24,000 nucleotides of DNA from Candidatus Omnitrophota bacterium (GTDB taxonomy: Bacteria; Hinthialibacterota; Hinthialibacteria; Hinthialibacterales; JAKPRU01): contig JAKQSI010000032.1 in the NCBI GenBank assembly GCA_029570205.1, positions 52,585-76,584 on the forward strand, given 5' to 3'. The position numbers were made by a program, and so were the translations under genes. This document shows positions 8,444 through 14,610 of the stretch, one piece after another. Positions within the stretch are counted from its first letter, which is position 1; every line of letters begins with the position of its first letter. The notes under the pieces were generated by a model. That model saw only the letters and a program-made list of their open reading frames with translations, was not told where the DNA came from and searched no databases.

Positions 8444-8476
8444 CCCTCTCCCGGCGGGAGAGGGTTGGGGTGAGGG
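8444..8476 (+). repeat. REP-like palindromic element, copy B
   Basis: The sequence is CCCTCTCCC-GGC-GGGAGAGGG-TT-GGGGTGAGGG, with a perfect 9-bp stem. It lies 30 nt downstream of the stop of 7694..8413. Confidence 0.85.
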
Positions 8477-8666
8477 TCTTCTTGCGTTGAATCGGCACTC
8501 TATCGTTGTATGATTCCTGCGGCACCCACAGGCGGATTGCCCCCGCGCAAGAGGGGGATTAATCCGGCATGATTGCCGGACCATAAATCACGGTTAAAAT
8601 GACCGCACCTTGGGCGAGGGAATACGGTGTTGGGAAGGAATTTCTGTTCTGGCTACTCAATCATCG

Positions 8667-9068
8667 ATGAACCAAAGCACAAGGAATGCGATCTTCGCTA
8701 TTGTGATAGTCGTCACAATCGTGGCTGTCCCTTACGGGTGGCTCTTTTTTGGCCCCATACTCAAAGACTATCTACAGCGCACGGAATTCAATTCAGAGAT
8801 CTGGAAAGACACAAAAATAGCACATAAGCCGCCGTACCCTCGTATCAGAATAGTGGATGACCTCCTTCGCCGGAATATGCGGATGGGCATGAACCGGGAG
8901 GAGGTTGTGGTGTTGCCTGGTGAATGCGACCAGAAACGTTATGGGGAGGATTATTTTGTATACTTCCTGGGGCCGGAACGATCTTTAATTCCTCTTGATT
9001 CGGAGCGGCTGATAATGAAATTAGATGCGAACGAGAATGTTTGCGAGGTTTTAATCCGTACTGATTAA
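8667..9068 (+). CDS. Hypothetical membrane-anchored protein (possible SmpA/OmlA/BamE-like fold)
   Basis: I trimmed ORF 8610..9068 (TTG start) to the ATG at 8667. The sequence begins MNQSTRNAIFAIVIVVTIVAVPYGWLFFGPIL (TM helix). The segment GMNREEVVVLPGEC resembles the G-M-T-x-x-x-V-x-x-x-L-G motif of BamE-like domains. No clear SD is present. Confidence 0.45.
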   Translation: MNQSTRNAIFAIVIVVTIVAVPYGWLFFGPILKDYLQRTEFNSEIWKDTKIAHKPPYPRIRIVDDLLRRNMRMGMNREEVVVLPGECDQKRYGEDYFVYFLGPERSLIPLDSERLIMKLDANENVCEVLIRTD

Positions 9069-9107
9069 GCGTCCAGGTTGGGAAAGATGGGCCTGCCGGG
9101 CGCTGAA

Positions 9108-9347
9108 TCACCTCCTCTCGACCAAATGCAGATTTGCCGCGACCGGAATTTCAAACAAGTCCCGGCGCATGAGACGAGAGGAAAAGAACAGGACTTCCAG
9201 GTTCTCGACCTCACCGGTAGTCGGATTCAAACGTGCAATCACATCGTCGTTCAGCTCTTCGGATTCCTGCTCTGGGTATGGGGGAATCTTGTCGATATGA
9301 AGAATGTCGCCTTCTCGGTCATATTTGAATGTCAGTTTCGTGTCCAT
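9108..9347 (-). CDS. DUF2283-family small protein (putative antitoxin partner)
   Basis: I trimmed ORF 9108..9488 to the ATG at 9347 (SD GGAGA). MDTKLTFKYDREGDILHIDKIPP...ARLNPTTGEVENLEVLFFS matches the M-x-x-x-Y-D-x-E-x-D-x-L-x-I plus G-E-I-x-G-I-E-I pattern of DUF2283. It overlaps the upstream gene by 16 nt. Confidence 0.7.
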   Translation of the reverse strand: MDTKLTFKYDREGDILHIDKIPPYPEQESEELNDDVIARLNPTTGEVENLEVLFFSSRLMRRDLFEIPVAANLHLVERR

Positions 9348-9658
9348 TCGGTTTCTCCTGCCGTCAAATTCTGCGTGCGATATGCGGTGACAATCCAATG
9401 CCGAGTTCGTTCCGCCTTCTCCGTGATGACAACGACAACAACGTACTTCCCACCGGGAAGGCTGTCGAACCACCGCGCGAACAGACATGCGTCAGAGCAG
9501 CGTAGACTGCGTCGAACACGGTCGGGATCTTCCAACGTCCCCGCGATGAGTTCATAGCACCTGGGAAGCATATCCGGATGTCTTTCAACAATGTGTTTCA
9601 TCCGTTCATCAGTCAATGCAACTTGACTGCCCAGATATGGACATGACAGAAAAGGCAT
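9332..9658 (-). CDS. Small toxin-like protein (H-I-V-E-R-H-P-D-M family, possible BECR/RelE-like nuclease fold)
   Basis: This 108-aa ORF contains LTDERMKHIVERHPDML...LEDPDRVRRS...GGKYVVVVVITEKAERTRHWIVTAYRT. From memory it matches a widespread small-protein family found next to DUF2283 genes, but I am not certain of the family name. An AAGG SD precedes the ATG at 9658, and the upstream region is AT-rich. Confidence 0.6.
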   Translation of the reverse strand: MPFLSCPYLGSQVALTDERMKHIVERHPDMLPRCYELIAGTLEDPDRVRRSLRCSDACLFARWFDSLPGGKYVVVVVITEKAERTRHWIVTAYRTQNLTAGETEWTRN

Positions 9659-9765
9659 TCTGAACCTTCATTTTATCAATATAGTATATCAGCAAATAGA
9701 CCAGGAGATCGGAAGCGTTTTCTGGAGTACGGTCCGGGGAGGGATACCGTGGTGTTCCGTGCCCC

Positions 9766-10740
9766 CTACTTCTTCAGCTCCTGCATCCTTTCATACATCT
9801 GTCGAAGCGAACCGGCAGCGCGAACATCGCTTCCGGAAATGAGGATTCGATACCCGTCTTTCAACCGTTGCTCGACCGATTTCTCATCCGCCCCGACAAT
9901 CAACGGCACATGGTGCTTCTTGCAGGCTTCGCTGACGGCCTGAAATCCTTCCATCACCTCCGGATGTTTCATATCCCCATCCACGCCGCAGCTGAAACTG
10001 TAATCGTAAAGCCCGAAAAAGATCGCACCGACACCGGGGACAGACAGAATCTCGTCGATGTTCTTCCTGCCCTCTTTGTCTTCAATCATCAGGATTGCCA
10101 GCAGATCGCCGTTCGGGTCCAGCGGCCAGACATCGGCGCGGGACACGTATTCCTCCGAGGTCAATCCCCACAGATAGGCGCACATGTCCGGTGAGGCCCC
10201 CCGTTTGCCTTTCGGCAGAGGCTGCGGATCGCCTTTCGGCTGGGGATACCGGCACGCCGAAATAACCCGCTGTGCGTCCTTCGCATTGGTGCAGTGCGGC
10301 ACAATCACCCCAAACGCCCCGGCATCCAAAACCTGCTTGATATACGGTTCAATCGGACCGGCGGCATCGCACGGAATCCGCACCCACGGCGCAATGCTCG
10401 GCTGCAAACTCCCCGTCTCCAGGACCTCCCGTTTTGAATGAAACGCCATCAGGATCGTCTGCAAGCGCTCGATATCGAACGGCAGATGCTCCATGTCGAT
10501 CAACACATAGTCGATCATCGGGGTCTTGAGGCCGGTATCGCGGTCTACATGCGCATTGGACTCCACCAGCCCGACGGCCGTATAAATCGACATCGACTTA
10601 AACCAGCTTCCCAGTGCGACTTGGTTCCGCTCCAGCTTCACGATTACCTTGTTCAAATGCTCGTCTGCCTGTCCCAGTACCGGGACCGATATTGCGGTCA
10701 GGACTGCCGAAATCACGATATGCATTCTCTGAATCAACAT
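9766..10740 (-). CDS. HpcH/HpaI-family aldolase with an N-terminal signal peptide
   Basis: This is a 324-aa ORF. YVLIDMEHLPFD, VIVPHCTNAKDAQRVISACRYPP-like and LAILMIEDKEGRKNIDEILSVPGVGAIFFGLYDYS match the HpcH/HpaI TIM-barrel aldolase signature. The N-terminus MHIVISAVLTAISVPVLGQADE looks like a cleavable signal peptide. Confidence 0.75.
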   Translation of the reverse strand: MLIQRMHIVISAVLTAISVPVLGQADEHLNKVIVKLERNQVALGSWFKSMSIYTAVGLVESNAHVDRDTGLKTPMIDYVLIDMEHLPFDIERLQTILMAFHSKREVLETGSLQPSIAPWVRIPCDAAGPIEPYIKQVLDAGAFGVIVPHCTNAKDAQRVISACRYPQPKGDPQPLPKGKRGASPDMCAYLWGLTSEEYVSRADVWPLDPNGDLLAILMIEDKEGRKNIDEILSVPGVGAIFFGLYDYSFSCGVDGDMKHPEVMEGFQAVSEACKKHHVPLIVGADEKSVEQRLKDGYRILISGSDVRAAGSLRQMYERMQELKK

Positions 10741-10924
10741 GGGTTCGTATCTGCCTCGTCTTCCTGAGAATCACCCAGTACGATACTTGCATCCACCTTG
10801 ATGCGCACGGTTCATACCGTGCCTACTGCCGTCCGTTCGGTCCATGTCCGTCCTCACTCTGGGTTACAAAACCCGACGATTTGTGAAAAAGTATCGGTAG
10901 TTGGACCGCAGGAGGTTCCTCACA

Positions 10925-12934
10925 ATGCCAGGCAAAGTTTTCTCTCTTCTCATCCTCTTATCCGTCCTGTCCATTCCCATCCGGCCCTTTGCGCAAGATG
11001 AGTTCCCTGTGCCCATTATGATGGCGGAAAAAACCGGCGAGGTCCGCGCCGTTGTTGTTCCCGATGAGGGAATTGCGGGGCAGTACGGAACTTGGACCGT
11101 CACCTGCACCGTCGGCAAGAGCGGCATTCAAACCGGCGGCGGGATTCGGGTGCAACTGCCGGACTCGTTCCACGCCGGGCCGCGCAATTCCGCCAATCCG
11201 CTCCAGGCAACCGATCCTGCAGGGGAACACTATGTCCGTGCTGTATGCTCCTGCCCGGATGTTATCCTGAAAACCACCGTCGAAGCGCAGACGGATGGCT
11301 TGCTTGTGAAGCATTCAAAGGTGTCACTGGATGGGCGTTATGCACGGAATGTTTTTGTGGTTCGCACGATTCTTGAGAAAGGTACGCTTCAGGAAGGCGA
11401 CACCATTTCGGTGATCTATGGCGACCGCTCCAGCGGCGGCGCCGGACTCCCTGCCGGCACTATCTCCTTCCGTCCGAAAACGATTCTGATCGCAGTCGAT
11501 TCAACAGGGAAAAGCCGCTTCCATGAACTGGAAAATCTTCCCACAATTTCCTGCCGACCCGGAGCGGCTGAGCATATCCTGTTTCATTTTCCATCCCAAG
11601 CCGTTGTCGGGCAACCGATACGCGGTCTTATCTCACTGATGGATGGCCGGTTCAACCCGGTGGAACACGTGTCGTTGATCGATTTGTCACAGGGAACCGG
11701 CGAGGCTGATTTTCCAAAACAGGTCTCCGTTCCGCCCAAGACCGGCTACGTCGAATTTGAGATCGTTCCCAAAGCGCCAGGGGTTCTGCGGATCAATGCC
11801 CGCACCGCACGCGAGGAGTTGCTGACGACCTCCAACCCGGTTCGCGTTACCGTTGAGCCGCCGAAACAGAATGTCTATTGGGGAGATATCCACTCCCACA
11901 CTCATTACAGCTGGGATGGTGTCGGCGATGACCAATTTAATTTTGCCCGATATATCACCGGCCTCGATTTCTATGCCATGACCGACCACTCGATGACTCC
12001 CACAGAGCAGGGCTATACACGTGGCCTGAGCGACTACTGTTGGCCGGAATACACCGCGCTCAATGAAAAATTCAATGTCCCCGGCCGGTTCGTGACCATC
12101 CAGGCTTACGAATGTTCGTTCGGCACCCCGTATGGGCATCATAATGTCTATTTCCGGAACAAGCCGGGAGCGTTACTGGACCCGAAGAATTGCACGCTGG
12201 AATCTTTGTGGCAGGCGCTGGAGGCCGGAAATGCGCTGACCATCCCTCACCACACCGGCAAAATGCCGAAAGACATCACCTTCGCAGATAACAACGCCGA
12301 ATTGCGCCGCAATATCGAGATCTATTCGGCGCACGGTCTCAGCGAGGTATACAACCCAAAACACCCGCTGGCTTTCGAGAACAGCCTGTTCACAAGCGAT
12401 TCGCAGAGTGCGCAAGCCGGCTCCTATGTGCAGGATGCCTGGATGAGGGGCCTGATGCTTTCCACGATTGCCTCCTCCGATGACCACCGGGCGCATCCGG
12501 GCCTGCCGCATCACGGACTGGCAGCCGTCCGTGCGACGCAGCTCACGCGCAATGATATTTTTCAGGGTTTGTATGACCGCCACACTTACGGTACAACGGG
12601 CGCGAAGATCATTCTCGATTTCACTCTGAACGGCGTGGAAATGGGTGAAACCGCTGTATTGCAGGGGCCGGCCGTGCTGCGGGTCAACATAACCGGCACG
12701 GACTTGATCGACAACGTGGAGATTCTTCGGTATGACCCGATACAAGGCGCCCCGTTCTTCAATGTCATTCATACCTGGAGACCGGATACCACGGAGTTTG
12801 AGAGCGAATATACCGATCCCAACGGGAAACCGGGCGCGATTTACTATGTCCGGGTGACCCAGAAGCACAAAATCCTGGACCGCTGCGTTATGGCCTGGTC
12901 CTCTCCGATCTGGAGCAAAGCGCGGGAGAAATGA
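10925..12934 (+). CDS. DUF3604-family (PHP-like) metal-dependent hydrolase, exported
   Basis: I trimmed ORF 10901..12934 to the ATG at 10925, which has SD GGAGG 9 nt upstream. The signal peptide is MPGKVFSLLILLSVLSIPIRPFAQ. The metal-binding motifs are VYWGDIHSHTHYSWDG, DFYAMTDHS, YGHHNVYF, TIPHHTG and SSDDHRAHPG. Confidence 0.75.
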   Translation: MPGKVFSLLILLSVLSIPIRPFAQDEFPVPIMMAEKTGEVRAVVVPDEGIAGQYGTWTVTCTVGKSGIQTGGGIRVQLPDSFHAGPRNSANPLQATDPAGEHYVRAVCSCPDVILKTTVEAQTDGLLVKHSKVSLDGRYARNVFVVRTILEKGTLQEGDTISVIYGDRSSGGAGLPAGTISFRPKTILIAVDSTGKSRFHELENLPTISCRPGAAEHILFHFPSQAVVGQPIRGLISLMDGRFNPVEHVSLIDLSQGTGEADFPKQVSVPPKTGYVEFEIVPKAPGVLRINARTAREELLTTSNPVRVTVEPPKQNVYWGDIHSHTHYSWDGVGDDQFNFARYITGLDFYAMTDHSMTPTEQGYTRGLSDYCWPEYTALNEKFNVPGRFVTIQAYECSFGTPYGHHNVYFRNKPGALLDPKNCTLESLWQALEAGNALTIPHHTGKMPKDITFADNNAELRRNIEIYSAHGLSEVYNPKHPLAFENSLFTSDSQSAQAGSYVQDAWMRGLMLSTIASSDDHRAHPGLPHHGLAAVRATQLTRNDIFQGLYDRHTYGTTGAKIILDFTLNGVEMGETAVLQGPAVLRVNITGTDLIDNVEILRYDPIQGAPFFNVIHTWRPDTTEFESEYTDPNGKPGAIYYVRVTQKHKILDRCVMAWSSPIWSKAREK

Positions 12935-12940
12935 GAGGAG

Positions 12941-12966
12941 AGGATGAAGGATGAAGGATGAAGGAT
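12941..12966 (+). repeat. Short tandem repeat (AGGATGA)x3 plus a partial unit
   Basis: AGGATGA AGGATGA AGGATGA AGGAT is read directly from the sequence. It starts 7 nt after the stop of 10925..12934. Confidence 0.9.
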
Positions 12967-13045
12967 TTGATAGGACTCGTGAGAGCTATGGGACTTATTT
13001 CCTTCCCCCGAATTCTCGCACCCAACAATCCGTAATCCGCTCTTA

Positions 13046-13074
13046 TCGACAATCCTGTTTTAAATTACTATACT
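13046..13074 (+). promoter_or_regulatory. Sigma70-like promoter candidate (TCGACA-17 nt-TATACT) for the porin gene, implying a leaderless or very short-leader mRNA
   Basis: The elements are TCGACA at 13046-13051, a 17-nt spacer, TATACT at 13069-13074, and the ATG at 13082 only 7 nt downstream. No SD is visible. The consensus for this lineage is unknown. Confidence 0.3.
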
Positions 13075-13081
13075 TTTCAAT

Positions 13082-14416
13082 ATGCAAAACATGCGAATCA
13101 AGAGGATAACGGTGGTCCTTTGTTTGCTTTGGCTTCCAGGGGGGGGACCGGCCGAGGTTGATCCATCCACTCAGCAACGTATTGAACATTTGGAGAACGA
13201 AAACCGCGAACTGCGGACACTGGTGGAGGAACTTCAGCGTCGCCTGGAGGCGGTCGAGAAACGCTTTCCATCTCCCAAAATCTCCGAGGAATATCCTACA
13301 TCCGCCACACGACCGCTTCAGGACCTGGACCGCCGGGTGCAGGTCCTCGAAGATTTGGAGGAGAAATTCGAGAAAGGCTGGCTTCGTTCGCTTCGACGGA
13401 AATGGTTGGAACTCGGCGGGGAAATCGAACTGGAATACCGGGACACCCAACGCGAGCGGCACAGCCGGGCCGATGTTACCGAGGATCCCTACGGCCAATT
13501 CCAGATCGACCATGTCCGGCTCAGCCCACGGGTTCGGTTTACCGACGACCTGATACTGGAGGCTGATTTCGATGCCGGGCAGCAGGCCACGTCGGATCTC
13601 CAGGAGGTTTATCTGCTTTGGCGAAACCTGCCCCTCCATTCCGAATTGACCATCGGCCAGCAGAAAAAGTTCTTTCGGCCGGATCGTAAAACCGAATCCT
13701 ATCCGCTCGCCGGAACGGCATTCTGGCATGACCGCGATCTGGGTGTCAGCGGGAAATCCGAATGGGGACCCTTTTACTCTCACTTGGCCGTAATGAACGG
13801 CCTTCGCATGGATGATGATGAAATCGGGGAGGATGAATCGTTCCCCATCCTGGCCGATGACCTCGAATATGGCGATTCCAATGCGAACAAGGAGATCAGC
13901 GCCGGCCTTGGTTGGAAGGAGAAATCCGGCGAATGGGGCAAAATCGACCTGATGTTGTTCGGTGTCTGGGGAGAACTGTCCGATGACGATGAGATTTTTC
14001 TTCTGGGGCTTCCGAAATATCGGTTGATCCAGGATGGGAATGACCGTAACCGATACGGGGCAAACCTGGATTACCAGTGGAATGAGGCGAACCTGTTTTT
14101 TCAGTACATCACTTCGGATGATGGCGGATTGGAGCGGGATGCCTGGTATCTGCAATCTTCCTATCGATTCAAACCGGAGTTGAAATATCTTCTATCCGTT
14201 GAACCACTTGTGCGGTACGGTGAATTGAACCTGAACCTGGATCCGGTTTCCACCAATTCCAGAACGTGGGACCGCCGACAGTGGACCGTTGCGTTGATTA
14301 TGGAACTCGTGAAAGATGTTTTCCTGCGCACCGAATACACGATCAACGATGAAGAAACCGGCGCGGATGATATTCGGAACGATGAAGCATTGATCCAGTT
14401 GGAATTGCGCTTCTGA
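13082..14416 (+). CDS. Outer-membrane beta-barrel porin (OprO/P-like) with an N-terminal coiled coil
   Basis: This is a 444-aa ORF. It has a signal peptide (RITVVLCLLWLPGGGPAEV) and a coiled coil (QQRIEHLENENRELRTLVEELQRRLEAVEK). It also shows alternating beta-strand patterns and a C-terminal ...ALIQLELRF ending in Phe, which is typical of OMPs. Confidence 0.65.
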   Translation: MQNMRIKRITVVLCLLWLPGGGPAEVDPSTQQRIEHLENENRELRTLVEELQRRLEAVEKRFPSPKISEEYPTSATRPLQDLDRRVQVLEDLEEKFEKGWLRSLRRKWLELGGEIELEYRDTQRERHSRADVTEDPYGQFQIDHVRLSPRVRFTDDLILEADFDAGQQATSDLQEVYLLWRNLPLHSELTIGQQKKFFRPDRKTESYPLAGTAFWHDRDLGVSGKSEWGPFYSHLAVMNGLRMDDDEIGEDESFPILADDLEYGDSNANKEISAGLGWKEKSGEWGKIDLMLFGVWGELSDDDEIFLLGLPKYRLIQDGNDRNRYGANLDYQWNEANLFFQYITSDDGGLERDAWYLQSSYRFKPELKYLLSVEPLVRYGELNLNLDPVSTNSRTWDRRQWTVALIMELVKDVFLRTEYTINDEETGADDIRNDEALIQLELRF

Positions 14417-14473
14417 TTCATCACAGGCTGGAAGCCCGTGCCACCCGATTTTTTCTCTCTTTCCGGGAAGATA

Positions 14474-14513
14474 CTCTTCTCCCTCTTCTCCCGGGAGGGG
14501 GTTGGGGTGAGGG
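14474..14513 (+). repeat. REP-like element, copy C (degenerate stem)
   Basis: The sequence is CTCTTCTCCCTCTTCTCCCGGGAGGGGGTTGGGGTGAGGG. It shares the CTCTTCTCCC left arm and the TTGGGGTGAGGG tail with copy B and the CTCTTCTC/GGTGAGGG ends with copy E. It lies about 60 nt downstream of the porin stop. Confidence 0.7.
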
Positions 14514-14610
14514 AAAGAACGATAGTTGGCGCGAGGGTAATTCGGGGTGGCGCCGGCCTCTTGCTGGTGATCTTTGCGGACAGGGCCATTGACAATCTTG
14601 GGTATACAAC

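Noticed and set aside
7613-8584. A 323-aa minus-strand ORF spanning the nuclease gene and the REP region.
   Set aside because: It is antisense to 7694..8413. Its N-terminal part is just REP-element translation (PSPQPSPAGRGGGNPP), which is typical of spurious ORFs.
13043-14155. A 370-aa minus-strand ORF.
   Set aside because: It is antisense to the porin, which has a signal peptide, a coiled coil and a C-terminal Phe. The shadow ORF has no motifs.
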